64,000 bases of DNA from the sequence record OR496884.1. One strand, 5' to 3'. Of this stretch, positions 47,359-58,100 are shown piece by piece; the stretch's first letter is position 1, and each line of letters starts with the position of its first letter. The translations under genes were made by a program, and so were the position numbers. Under the pieces are notes generated by a model that had not been told where the DNA came from, did no database searches, and saw nothing but the letters and a program-made list of their open reading frames with translations.

Positions 47359-47388
47359 CGCTACAACGCCCCTCCCGGCGTTGTAGCG
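47359..47388 (-). terminator. terminator or hairpin
   Basis: Perfect stem CGCTACAACGCC/GGCGTTGTAGCG. Confidence 0.7.
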
Positions 47389-47398
47389 ATACGTGTTT

Positions 47399-47941
47399 TT
47401 ACAGTGCTGAAACCGTCAGTTGACCAGTACAAACTTTTGCAATTTGATCGGTGTATTCTTTCACGTTTTCATGACCTGCAAATTTCTCTGCACCAACAGG
47501 AACAGGAATTTTTGCGTTATCAATTCGGCCACGATACCGGTAGTATTGTTGGAGTGCACCTTCTGCATAAAACGCAATGACCAGTCCTTGATTGGAAAGT
47601 TCAAATTGTTTCAACGCCATCGCCGGTGTGAGTGACCGAAGACCATAAACACGTACATAGTCTCCGGCGTCATTACCTTCTTCGTTTTCCAATTCAACGA
47701 TAAACATTTTGACTGGACTGTTGTTTTCCCGAATATAGTTAACTGCAACCGGATCACCAGGATGTTCACATCCCACAGTGAGTGTTCCATTACGGAATCC
47801 CATGTTGGTGATTTTCATGATCTCACCAGATTCCGTTTTTGCAGTTGGTACCCAACCAAATTCCAAATAGTTATCTTTAGCAGAAACCACGTTGCTAAAT
47901 ATAACCATCAGTACAACCAATCCCATGATAAAGTTCTTCAT
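47399..47941 (-). CDS. exported protein (signal peptide)
   Basis: MKNFIMGLVVLMVIFSNVVSA; two Cys; AAGGA SD. Confidence 0.8.
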   Translation of the reverse strand: MKNFIMGLVVLMVIFSNVVSAKDNYLEFGWVPTAKTESGEIMKITNMGFRNGTLTVGCEHPGDPVAVNYIRENNSPVKMFIVELENEEGNDAGDYVRVYGLRSLTPAMALKQFELSNQGLVIAFYAEGALQQYYRYRGRIDNAKIPVPVGAEKFAGHENVKEYTDQIAKVCTGQLTVSAL

Positions 47942-48016
47942 TACTTTTTATCCTTTATTAGTTAAATGAATGATTACTACATAAGTCCGCTATTACTTAA
48001 AGTAGGTTACACATTG

Positions 48017-48034
48017 ATGATATCTAACTGAAAA
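48017..48034 (-). promoter_or_regulatory. putative phage early promoter motif
   Basis: TTTTCAGTTAGATATCAT upstream of the exported-protein cluster. Confidence 0.5.
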
Positions 48035-48055
48035 GTTATGGATATTAAGTGAAAA

Positions 48056-48661
48056 TTAACTATTTGGCGTAAGACGATTTTGTTTGTCATTTTCAAAATC
48101 CGTTTTAAAATTAATTTGAACGTTTTTAACGATATCAATATAACTGTCGATAGAGTATTTAAATTTAGTAAAGAAACTTAAAGCAGCTTTCTTACCGTAG
48201 AGTGTGATTCTGGTTTTATGATCACAAGAAGATATTTCAAACGTAATACCGTGAGTTTCTGTAACTGTAATCGATATAGTGGACGTATATAGATCAGAGA
48301 TCCCTTCAGACTCGTTTAGAAAGCGTTTTAGTATAAACCTATCTCTTTGCTTGGATTCTTTATCCAAAGAGTTTATAGCGCTTCCTATGGACTCTGAAAT
48401 GACAGTCAGTTTCTTTTCAAAGTCTTGAATTGAAATATCTGGAGTGACTAAATCGTTTTCATGTAAAACGATAATGTGATCTCTTAGAAAAATAGATATC
48501 TTTCCAGTTAAATAAAGATAGTAAACTCCTGGATCTTTCATTTTGTCATACCGACTTAATGTCAGTGTAAAAGAGATTGCACTAAGATCACACCCTGTTC
48601 TTAAAAATGTTCTTTTGGTACAATTAAACAATCGATTATTGTTCATAAAAAAAAAAACCAA
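48056..48661 (-). CDS. hypothetical protein (start uncertain)
   Basis: About 200-aa ORF; called start lies in the T-run after a terminator. Confidence 0.65.
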   Translation of the reverse strand: MVFFFMNNNRLFNCTKRTFLRTGCDLSAISFTLTLSRYDKMKDPGVYYLYLTGKISIFLRDHIIVLHENDLVTPDISIQDFEKKLTVISESIGSAINSLDKESKQRDRFILKRFLNESEGISDLYTSTISITVTETHGITFEISSCDHKTRITLYGKKAALSFFTKFKYSIDSYIDIVKNVQINFKTDFENDKQNRLTPNS

Positions 48662-48680
48662 ATAAAAAGAAGATGGAAAA

Positions 48681-48708
48681 GGTTACCTCTGGAATTCCAG
48701 AGGTAACC
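48681..48708 (-). terminator. intrinsic terminator
   Basis: Perfect palindrome GGTTACCTCTGGAA/TTCCAGAGGTAACC with T-rich tail. Confidence 0.85.
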
Positions 48709-48719
48709 GTAATCAGGTT

Positions 48720-49217
48720 TTACTTGAACAGCTCAGCTGCGCGATCAGCGTTGATTTGTGCAAACTCGGCATGGAAAGCAGAAAGATCTTCGCCATAGTT
48801 GTAGTCAACAAAAGTTTCACCGATACCGTACAGTGTTTCTTCACCAACTACTTCTTGAACTTGATAACCGGAAGAGATTTTCAGACCATCAACCAGTTGA
48901 AGTTCAGAACTCCATTTGGTTTGCTTGGAATCCGGATATTGTTCATTACTGATTTGACCCAGAGCGACATCAGATGCCACACTCATTTGATTGATAAAAT
49001 CAACCGCTTGAGTCAGCGTGTCATTGGTCATTCCTTTGGGAAGGTCCGGAGCTTTGAAAATAACGGCCCCGGTTTCTTTGTGAATCTCGGCATTTTTAAC
49101 CAGGGTATCAACGGATTTTTTCATCAGCTTATTCAGATCGGACATGATCGTTCCTTGTTTATTGATTGTGAAAAGAAGAGTGTACAATAAAGAGAACAAC
49201 AGTTGTTGTTTGTACAC
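48720..49217 (-). CDS. hypothetical protein, probably highly expressed (true start MSDL near 49145)
   Basis: AAGGA SD before MSDL; CTG/GGT/GCA-rich codon usage like the sheath gene. Confidence 0.75.
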   Translation of the reverse strand: MYKQQLLFSLLYTLLFTINKQGTIMSDLNKLMKKSVDTLVKNAEIHKETGAVIFKAPDLPKGMTNDTLTQAVDFINQMSVASDVALGQISNEQYPDSKQTKWSSELQLVDGLKISSGYQVQEVVGEETLYGIGETFVDYNYGEDLSAFHAEFAQINADRAAELFK

Positions 49218-49221
49218 TCTA

Positions 49222-49239
49222 GTAATATCGGTTTCAAAA
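49222..49239 (-). promoter_or_regulatory. putative phage early promoter motif
   Basis: TTTTGAAACCGATATTAC. Confidence 0.5.
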
Positions 49240-49240
49240 A

Positions 49241-50191
49241 TTATAGAACTTCAGAAACTGATTTTCCTTTTATTAGATAAAGACCTTCTTCATTAAGAAT
49301 ATAGTTTTTATCCAATTCTTTTTCTATCTTGTAAACAATAGAGTCAAAAAAGGAAGTCAATTCTTTATTAACATGAAGATTAATTCGACGTTGTAAATAT
49401 TGACCAGAATGAGAAATGGTAAATGTAAGAGGCGCAGAGCGATGTTGTTTGTTAACAAATCCATTACTCACGTAAGTTTCTGTATATGGAATAATGTCAG
49501 GATTAAACCCGTCTTTTTGTTTATCCGTCATCCCACAGAAAACTTTACCAACAAAACACTCGTGGATTTTCCATCTAAGTTCTTTTAGATTATTTAATTC
49601 CCCTGGAGTGCGAATTGCAAATGCTATCACTCCTCCTGGATTTTTAACTCTAAGAGAAATACCGTTACTAGCATTATAAACATGCCAAATAGTAAACACC
49701 GAACCTTTCTCAGAAATGTGCGCGTATTGATCAGTGCCTGACAACGTTTTTAATGGTTTAATCCCGTCCAGTGACGGAATCAGAACATTTATAAATTCTG
49801 AACAAACTTCTTGCAGTCTGTAAAGAAACTGTTGAAATAATTCTTTCCCATGAGTTATTACAAATTTGGGATTTTCTTTAAATAGAACCATGGGGGTGGA
49901 GCCAGCAATCCGACAATTTTGTATTGCAAAAAACTTAGAGCAATACGTAACTTCGTAATCTCCTTTAAGTACTTTGATGGCAGTATCATTATTTATCGGA
50001 GTAATTTCCTTAAGCAATGATAACAATTCTCTCACAAAGAAACTATTCAGGTGTAAAGTTTCAATACCTTCATTCCGATTTTTATGTTTAAACTGTTCGG
50101 AATAAAAAGTCAAACGACTCCGATCATTGCTGTCAAAGGTAATGTCTGCAAAGGCAACTGGAAGATTGCTGAGGATAGTTAACTTTTTCAT
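49241..50191 (-). CDS. hypothetical protein
   Basis: 316-aa ORF, GGAG SD. Confidence 0.82.
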   Translation of the reverse strand: MKKLTILSNLPVAFADITFDSNDRSRLTFYSEQFKHKNRNEGIETLHLNSFFVRELLSLLKEITPINNDTAIKVLKGDYEVTYCSKFFAIQNCRIAGSTPMVLFKENPKFVITHGKELFQQFLYRLQEVCSEFINVLIPSLDGIKPLKTLSGTDQYAHISEKGSVFTIWHVYNASNGISLRVKNPGGVIAFAIRTPGELNNLKELRWKIHECFVGKVFCGMTDKQKDGFNPDIIPYTETYVSNGFVNKQHRSAPLTFTISHSGQYLQRRINLHVNKELTSFFDSIVYKIEKELDKNYILNEEGLYLIKGKSVSEVL

Positions 50192-50314
50192 AGATGCTCC
50201 ATATAAGCATTAATAACTGAAATCTAAAGAGAGATCAGTGCGGGATAAATTGTACCAAACAACAAGAGTCAGAGAGTACCTTGTGGTCTCTCCCAGCGTT
50301 TGCTGTTCAGTACA

Positions 50315-50332
50315 ATTATATCTGTCTGAAAA
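50315..50332 (-). promoter_or_regulatory. putative phage early promoter motif
   Basis: TTTTCAGACAGATATAAT. Confidence 0.5.
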
Positions 50333-50347
50333 AATATAGACAGATAT

Positions 50348-50917
50348 TTATTCAATTGTACTAACTGCACCTTCTTCGCCGATGCTTAGCATTTGGGTAA
50401 TAAATTCTTTAACTTGATTTTCAGATTGTTCCAAGGTAACTGTTTCGTTTTCAGGGATATTAACCATCAACGGAACAAAAACAGTTTTCATATATTCTTT
50501 CAAATAAACCGCAGAGAAATCATTTTTAATGAAATCAAACATAACAGTTGGAACACCAAAAATATTTGTCATGATCAATTGATACAAATGTTCATGTGAT
50601 TTGATTTCATTACTGGCTATGTTCAAGATGATAGAATCAATACGCCAGTTACCTACTTGAATATCTTCCAGAGTAATAGGGAACATTTCAAAGTTAGTAA
50701 TAGAACGAACATACAACATCAATTTACGAGCGTAGATTTGAACACACTGTGCTTTTGTACGTGTCATGTGTTCAGTCACCATGATTGGTGTGCCGTCTAC
50801 TTTAAGACTATCCCAAACAGACTCCATTTCTTTCAATGTGTTTTTTACAGTATAAGCATGAAGAATAAAAGAGCGAACTTTAATAAGTTGAGTTAGTTTT
50901 TCAATTTGTTCAGACAT
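50348..50917 (-). CDS. conserved hypothetical protein (phiKZ gp174-like position)
   Basis: 189 aa, downstream of the protease; AAGGA SD. Confidence 0.7.
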   Translation of the reverse strand: MSEQIEKLTQLIKVRSFILHAYTVKNTLKEMESVWDSLKVDGTPIMVTEHMTRTKAQCVQIYARKLMLYVRSITNFEMFPITLEDIQVGNWRIDSIILNIASNEIKSHEHLYQLIMTNIFGVPTVMFDFIKNDFSAVYLKEYMKTVFVPLMVNIPENETVTLEQSENQVKEFITQMLSIGEEGAVSTIE

Positions 50918-50985
50918 GATGATTCCTTATACAAAGTGTTAAGTGGTGTACGTTAAATTCAAATTGCAGTAATAAAACATATAAA

Positions 50986-51015
50986 AGGTATTCTTCCCAC
51001 CAGGGAAGAATACCT
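50986..51015 (-). terminator. intrinsic terminator
   Basis: Perfect stem AGGTATTCTTCCC/GGGAAGAATACCT. Confidence 0.82.
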
Positions 51016-51021
51016 AATTAA

Positions 51022-51876
51022 TTAGAAAATCTCACTAAACGAAACGCCCAATGAAACCGTACTGTAAGCTTTGTGGTTGCGTTTGATTTGTTCGTACATA
51101 ACTTTCATGTCATTCAACGCTTCCATTCCACCTACGCGCTGTAGCGCATCACCATTGGTTGCAGCGGAAGCTAAACATGCGCCCATTTGCTCAATAACGT
51201 CAGCTGCTTTAAATTTCTGTACGTTGTCAAGTGAAAGTGAATAACTATCAAGCATGGATTCACAACCGGCACTCATGTGTTTATTGGCGTGGATCATTCC
51301 TGGTTCACCAACCCAGTCGTATCCTGTCCAATACTCTACGTTCTTTCGATTAGAACCATCTTGATAAGGACTGATTTGAGTCCTAATACTAACCGCCGTA
51401 TTATGTCGAGGGTTATCTAAAGATTCTTTAAATTCAGGACCTCGAGGACCAAATGGTTCACAATCAATAAAGTTATAAATGGGAAGTGAAAGGTTATTTG
51501 GATTTTCAGGTTTAAAATAAATCTTGCTAATTAACCCACAAATGTTAGCCGGATCATAACTACGAAGACGGTTAATCCATTCTAACAATGTAGACATTTG
51601 TTTGCGATAACGAACACCGTTCTCTTCAACAAAAACAAAAGGCTCTGGATGTTCAACTTCCATCTTACAATAACCCATGGATACACGGCGATTAAGATCA
51701 CTGTTTGCATCCATCTGTTCTTGAAGGTATTGGTTAAATGGATAGGCTATACCAGAAGCATTGGGAATATTAAACCCCCCGGCGTTTAAATGGTAAACGC
51801 CTTTTTCATTGGGTTTTAACATTCCCTTCTTGCCGTTACTGGCAAGAATGATGTTACCAAAACTAATTTCACTCAT
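51022..51876 (-). CDS. prohead (head maturation) protease, phiKZ gp175-like
   Basis: N-terminal GKKGMLKP..GVY...GGFN, catalytic-type EVEHP, AVSIRT and YDWVGEPG motifs. Confidence 0.87.
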   Translation of the reverse strand: MSEISFGNIILASNGKKGMLKPNEKGVYHLNAGGFNIPNASGIAYPFNQYLQEQMDANSDLNRRVSMGYCKMEVEHPEPFVFVEENGVRYRKQMSTLLEWINRLRSYDPANICGLISKIYFKPENPNNLSLPIYNFIDCEPFGPRGPEFKESLDNPRHNTAVSIRTQISPYQDGSNRKNVEYWTGYDWVGEPGMIHANKHMSAGCESMLDSYSLSLDNVQKFKAADVIEQMGACLASAATNGDALQRVGGMEALNDMKVMYEQIKRNHKAYSTVSLGVSFSEIF

Positions 51877-52618
51877 TACCTTCTCCCAATTCGTTTGGTA
51901 GACCGCGCATCACTTCTTCCAACACAGTCACCTTCTTATCAGGATTGAGTAATCCAGCAATGATGTTATCAGACATATACCCGGATGTTAAACGAGCAAA
52001 TGTACTGTTAAGAAGTTGTCCAGGGTTGTTGATCCCAATAATGCGAGGTTGGACATTTGGATTGTCAATATAGGGAGAGTATCTAAAAGGCATATCGACG
52101 TTTTTAGGATCCCGGCAAGTCAGCGAGTATAATACACGTATTGCCTGGTTACTCGTCCCGGTTGATTTACCGGTATAGAACTTTGCTTCATCAAATACAC
52201 TTAAGATTGTTTTTTCCGTTGCATACCACGGAATACGAGCAAACTTAGTGAACTCTAAATAAAAAGGATAACCGATATTACTGTCCATTGGTATGGTTAA
52301 GTTTTCTATAACAATTTCACCTGGTTCAAACTCCAAGATATAATAACGATCGTTATTAATAGACTCTTCATAAATCTCACCAGGTTGCATCACAACCTTA
52401 CACATTCCAGCTAACGCACAATAATGTCCTTCAACAACTAATCCCACCATTAAAATAGTGGTAACAGAATCGGTTATTTCAGCAAGTCCACTTTGTTCAA
52501 AACGTTTTGGAAAACAAATCTTAATTTTCTTTAAAGCAATAACAGAACCATCCGGCATTTTGCGTAGGGCGGTTTTCACCAGCCCTACGTTTTTAATCAA
52601 AGTGCTTGGGTTTATCAT
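51869..52618 (-). CDS. conserved protein (phiKZ gp176-like)
   Basis: 249 aa, between protease and RNAP genes; synteny. Confidence 0.7.
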   Translation of the reverse strand: MINPSTLIKNVGLVKTALRKMPDGSVIALKKIKICFPKRFEQSGLAEITDSVTTILMVGLVVEGHYCALAGMCKVVMQPGEIYEESINNDRYYILEFEPGEIVIENLTIPMDSNIGYPFYLEFTKFARIPWYATEKTILSVFDEAKFYTGKSTGTSNQAIRVLYSLTCRDPKNVDMPFRYSPYIDNPNVQPRIIGINNPGQLLNSTFARLTSGYMSDNIIAGLLNPDKKVTVLEEVMRGLPNELGEGNE

Positions 52619-54135
52619 TAGATCAACCGTTTAATAAGAACGCTGCGAAGTGAAGCAGCAAGCAGTTTACGCTGTTCTTCCTTGGAACCAATACTGGTAT
52701 TCAAATTCTTCATCAGAACTTCAGCAGCAATTTCAGAACCAAACAATTTACATAACTCCACAGAAAGCACAGAGTTCATCAGACTGTCTTCATTACGTGA
52801 TACGCGAGAAATCAAACTGGTGTTATAGAAGAAATTGGACAGCGCAACAGAAGTGTTAAGCGCATTGAATATCTTATCACCCTTATGACCTTCACTTTCA
52901 AGTGATTCTAAAATTGGATCCCAAGCTTCAGTACAAGCAACTTCTTTACATGCACGAGAAAGTGCATTAATCCCCACTTTGGTTAAATTAGCATTTACTG
53001 CTAATTCAAGATCAGTGTAGTATTCACGCAAAGACTCTTGGACAACTTGACTGTCAGTGATAACGTCCTTTACATTATAACCACGCTGTTTGGCATAAAT
53101 GAACCCAACAGCAGATTCAACGATTGACGCTTCTTCATTATTGGCAATCATCTCAAGAGCACGTCGGTTATAACCGATAGAGACTGTACCTTGAAGTACA
53201 GATTTACCTTCAAGAGGACCCCATTCAGCAACTGAATATTTAACGTTGTTATCAAGAATAACGATACCGGCAGCCGCCTTCTCTGCCCAGATGGTTTTAA
53301 ACCGATAAAGCGCAGCGCCCATCAAATCCTTGGCCATCTTAACATTATAACGATAATCAGTCAGTGAAACACCAGTAACGCCAGGATACGGAGAATCATC
53401 AGCGGCTAATCGGTTAATGATCAGATTTGCAATAACCAGTGAACGATACTTATTAAAGTTCAGATAGTGTTCACGAATATCAACATCTATTAAACCTGCT
53501 TGAGTAACACGCGCATCAAAAATGATCCACCAGTTCTTGTTTACAAACAGATCTTCGTAAACACGACGAACTTCTTTACGATCCTCCAGGAAAGGAGAAA
53601 TTAAATTGGAATCAACATATATGTAGTTGAAGATTTCGTCATCATCGTTCGCACTTGGCCAGTTACCTTGAAAAAGCTTTTCAATGTTAACTTTAGTGAC
53701 TTCTGCAAATACCCCAGGATACTCACTAGGCACAAAAGCACTGGCTAAGAAATCAGGTTCCAGATCAACTTGTTGAGTTTTAAGATATTCAAACGCCAGG
53801 TCGGCAGCAGAGTTAGATCGAATCTGGCTTTGAACAATCTGATCGGCTCGAGTCAAAATAGGTTTGGTATATTTACTAATGGTATAAAGAGCACCACGAA
53901 CAATATCAGCAAGTTTGTCAGTTACTACTTCAATAGTGGTAGTGTGATCCAATACCGTTTTGGTGTAATCCGGAAGATCAACAGCGATGTTATCAAGAGT
54001 AAACCCTGACAGGTTTGCGGTAGTTTCATTCAAACCAGTAATGATCTCTCCAACGCGTTCTGAGACATCAACGCCTTCTTTATCCAACTCCAGCGCCAAA
54101 GGGGTGGAGATTAGGACTGTGCTTTGATTAATCAT
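52618..54135 (-). CDS. virion protein (phiKZ gp177-like)
   Basis: 505 aa; synteny. Confidence 0.65.
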   Translation of the reverse strand: MINQSTVLISTPLALELDKEGVDVSERVGEIITGLNETTANLSGFTLDNIAVDLPDYTKTVLDHTTTIEVVTDKLADIVRGALYTISKYTKPILTRADQIVQSQIRSNSAADLAFEYLKTQQVDLEPDFLASAFVPSEYPGVFAEVTKVNIEKLFQGNWPSANDDDEIFNYIYVDSNLISPFLEDRKEVRRVYEDLFVNKNWWIIFDARVTQAGLIDVDIREHYLNFNKYRSLVIANLIINRLAADDSPYPGVTGVSLTDYRYNVKMAKDLMGAALYRFKTIWAEKAAAGIVILDNNVKYSVAEWGPLEGKSVLQGTVSIGYNRRALEMIANNEEASIVESAVGFIYAKQRGYNVKDVITDSQVVQESLREYYTDLELAVNANLTKVGINALSRACKEVACTEAWDPILESLESEGHKGDKIFNALNTSVALSNFFYNTSLISRVSRNEDSLMNSVLSVELCKLFGSEIAAEVLMKNLNTSIGSKEEQRKLLAASLRSVLIKRLI

Positions 54136-54296
54136 TCAGATGCCTCCAGATTCTGCTTAATTTCACGGCTAGTGATTTCCTGTTCTTCGGCATCACTAAG
54201 TGGGGCTTGATATTCGTACCCCACCTTTTTCATAGTCATGGTAACCACTTCATGAATATTAGAAATGGCGATAATATTGTTGATTGCACGTTCCAT
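54132..54296 (-). CDS. small hypothetical protein, 54 aa (not in ORF track)
   Basis: Hand-translated MERAINNIIAISNIHEVVTMTMKKVGYEYQAPLSDAEEQEITSREIKQNLEASE*; ATGA overlap with the next gene. Confidence 0.65.
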   Translation of the reverse strand: MERAINNIIAISNIHEVVTMTMKKVGYEYQAPLSDAEEQEITSREIKQNLEASE

Positions 54297-54303
54297 AAAT
54301 TAG

Positions 54304-55176
54304 TTACCCTTTGATGGCGCGTTTAGAAGGGTCCATCCCTTCCCAGTAAAAAGTAGTGATTGCATTTGCAATATCACCAATGGTGTAGTAACCTTTTTTC
54401 TCGCTATCAAACCCGCTATTTTGAGAATAAAGTTTTGTTCCTTCTTTAGCTACCACCAAATTAGGATCTTTACCAACATGAGCAGGATAGAAAATAGAAA
54501 GATAATAATCTTCAAGACGTTGACATTTCTTGATGTATCCGTATTTCTCAAAATATGCGAACACGTTATCAAGCTGGTCATAAACAGACATTACTTTTAA
54601 TTGATCATCGGTTACACCTAAATCAATCATACTTCCTTTTGGCATGAACTGAATCAAACCACGGGCACCTGATTTAGGATTACGAGCAGCTGGGTCAAAA
54701 GTTTTACCTGTCTCTAAAGCAAAGCAACTAAAAAGATAGTTGACATGATCAAATGACTTATTCCACTTAGTCATCCAACCTTCTACTTTAGCAACGACCT
54801 CGGGAATTAACCTAGGGTGACTAGTCCAAGCATAACTATAAACAGTAAGGTTATTATTAAGCGAATACAAATCACAAAGCTTTTTAAACTCGGTGTTGCT
54901 TCCCTCACCCCATTTGCCATCAACTAAAAAGCCTTCCGGCGCTTTACCGGCACGTTTAATATATTCCTGAACCCATTTAAAGACTTCTGTCGCCTGAAAA
55001 GTAGGAACAGCTACAAGTGGATTGTAAGAAGGATTAGCGTTAGCAACTAGTGCTTTTACACCATCACGACAACCAGCCCCAAAAAGGGCGTCGATGCGCC
55101 CTTTGTAGAGACCAACTTCTCGCAAAAGACTTTGGATCGTTTTGATCCCAAAGACTTCTTTATTAGAGTTGACCAT
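54304..55176 (-). CDS. modular endolysin (peptidoglycan-binding + lysozyme-like), EL188-like
   Basis: Two PG-binding repeats (GRIDALFG, VDGKWG) and catalytic CFALETG.TF.P...GLIQF...YLSIFYPA; closely resembles phage EL gp188 as recalled. Confidence 0.88.
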   Translation of the reverse strand: MVNSNKEVFGIKTIQSLLREVGLYKGRIDALFGAGCRDGVKALVANANPSYNPLVAVPTFQATEVFKWVQEYIKRAGKAPEGFLVDGKWGEGSNTEFKKLCDLYSLNNNLTVYSYAWTSHPRLIPEVVAKVEGWMTKWNKSFDHVNYLFSCFALETGKTFDPAARNPKSGARGLIQFMPKGSMIDLGVTDDQLKVMSVYDQLDNVFAYFEKYGYIKKCQRLEDYYLSIFYPAHVGKDPNLVVAKEGTKLYSQNSGFDSEKKGYYTIGDIANAITTFYWEGMDPSKRAIKG

Positions 55177-58100
55177 TAATCGTATCTCCCATATTTAGTG
55201 ATCATTCTTCCAGTGTAAACAAAGTTAATCTCGTTAGCTATTAACTTGTCTCGTAAACTTAACACCATTCGGTTAAGCAAGGATTTTAAAGAGAATGTAA
55301 TATCAACATCTCGACCATCTGGAGTTTTAATTTTTGTTGGGTAAATAAACCCAACTGTCCCCTTCATCTGGTTACCAATAACAAACTTATCTGCAGTAGT
55401 GGTGACAAGCATGTTTTCAATATAAATCTTGACAGTAACTGTATTAGGATAAACTTTAGATTTACCCACGGAAGTGTTACCACCCACGTTACAAGTCGGA
55501 GCATACAGCTTACGGTATTTAGCAGCCTTTGCTCGTTCGCCGTCAGATTTACGGATGAGATGTTTGACAGAATCATCAGCATCTTCGTAATCACCATTAT
55601 AGAGTATTTCTATTTTAGCGATACGGCCTGCTTGATGTGCTTTCTCCTGTTTAATCCCTAACCTTTCCAAACCAGCCATCGGGTTATAATCAGTATCAAA
55701 CATTGCACTGGATTGATCTTTAACTTCTGCCAGTACCTGATCATATTCAACTTCATCGCCTTCTTTAACATGAAGTTTAAGAACTTGATCATAGTTGACC
55801 CTAAACTGATTTATCTTAATAAATGGCGTGGAATTTTTAATTGCGTAATCGTAAGTAATACCAATGGAATCTTCAAAGGTAAATTGATCTTCTATAAGCG
55901 CAATTCGAGAAGGTGTTCCTGATTTTAATACGACCCGATTTGGATCAAGTGTATCACGAGTATAGAAAACACTGTCCCAAGCAAGAACCTTACCTTTACC
56001 AAATGTTTGACCAACAGAAACATCAGTTACTTTAAAGTGTTTGTGATACTCACCCGCACCTTTACCTATCTCATAGCCAAGGAAGAATGTGTCTTCAGAC
56101 CCATCTTCATATTCAACTACAATCCCTTTATCAGTAACTTCTTTTACAGTTCCGTTTTGTTTTGCTACAGAAGTATAAAGTTCAAAGTTACGATAACCGA
56201 TCACACTGTCATAAGGAGTACGAAGCGGCGAAGGTTGATAGGACTCTGTTGCCATCCATTGACTAAATTGTACACCTGAGAAAAGAGATCTTTTTGAATC
56301 GTCTATGGTCGAACCATAAACAAGATTCGAAATAACAGACAGTCGACCTGGACTTGTTGTTTTCAAAGAAGGATCGACGTTACCGGCATAGTCAACAATC
56401 TTGGCATCAGACGTTAAGTAAGAAACAAAGCCTGCTTTACCTGAGTCTTTACCTGCTTCAGAAATGATGCCGTCGTAATTAGGAAGTTGACCGCGTGTTC
56501 TACGAACCATTGCTTGATCACTTCGTCCAAACGTTCCACCAAATGTCACTTCTTCAATCTGTTTGATCTGGTGAGCTGGGTTAACTTCTTCCACTGGTTG
56601 ACAAGAACTATCCGTAAGAATAGCCAGCATAATTGATTCAGGGTTAAGGTCAAATGTCTTTTTACCGCCGCCTGGTTTATTTCTAAACTGTCGGTTAGCC
56701 TTTACCATTTCACGATAAGCATGACCTGCAAACCTTTCATACCCTACAATACGCTGCTCGGTGATTTCTACTTCATGACCTGCTTCATTATTTAACAACA
56801 TTTCTATTGCTTTAATAACTAAGTTATCAAGTTCAAGAGGATACTTTCTTTTCTTCAATTCACGCGCATGCATTGGATCAATGAACTGATCAAACATTTG
56901 GTCCATCTCTTTAAAATGAGACGGTTTCACTCGACTGTCATTAACAATAGAGAACCAAACATTAGGATCGTCTAATTGAGATCTAGAAAAGTTTTTAATA
57001 GCAGGAAGTTTGATTAGACCCGAAAAGATCAATGTTGCTAATTCATCGCGACGATCAAATACCATTCTTTCATCTGCAAACTGGACCATGTATTCATTAG
57101 TGGAAAGGTTTGGTCTGACACCAGGCTCAATAAAACGATGGACAGGTTTCACTCGCTTGATCAACTCGGAGAACCCCATCCAATACGCCAAGACCACTAC
57201 ACTCTGGAATTTATATCCATTAATGTAAACAGTGGTATTAGGGACTGGCGCTTTCTCCATTGGGAGACCAATGAGTTCTTCAATAAAACCTTTTGTTTCA
57301 CCATCTACAGTGATTAAACCAGAGTTATCAATTAAGACCGGATATCCGTTTTCTTCTCCGACTACCCAAGATTTGTCATTACAAAGTTTTTTCCATTCCT
57401 TATGATTTTCAAGAATGGATCTGGTGTCCAAATTCAATACGAGATCACGAATTGTGATTTCTTTAAATCGTTCAGCCAGAACAGAGTAATACCAACAAAC
57501 ATTTTTACCAATGACTTCTTGACTACCCAACTTAACTTTAATGGATTTATCCAAATAACTACGTTGGATAATGTTGGTTTTTAACCAACCACCAAAATCG
57601 TCAACACGATAAGGAGAACGTTCTATCATTATCCGCTTATCGTAATAAGTAGACAAGTTAACTTTACGTTTACCAATTTTACGAATAGGAAGTTCCATTC
57701 GAACGTATTGGGAATAGTTCTTTACACCATTGATTGTAAAAGACAAGTCCTCGGCAACTTTAGGAATACGGAAACGTCTTGTGGATTGATTACCTTCCCC
57801 AATGGGTTGGAATTTAATCGTATAAACGTCATATGCAGAATCAGCAGTAATGATAGATTCGCGTTCCATGTCTAGGATGGCGATACCGCCACCTTGAGCA
57901 CCAAACAAAATCGATGCAATGATATCGCGCTCTAAAAACCGTTCAACATATCCGATACCTAAATTACTTGTTCTGGATTGAAGAACTTCTTTGTTGCTAA
58001 TAACAACACTGTCTTCCGCAATCTTTTCAGGAACAAATACTAAATCTTCGGGTTTGACGTCAATGATTTCTTCAAGAGTCCGACCACCAAATTCTATTTC

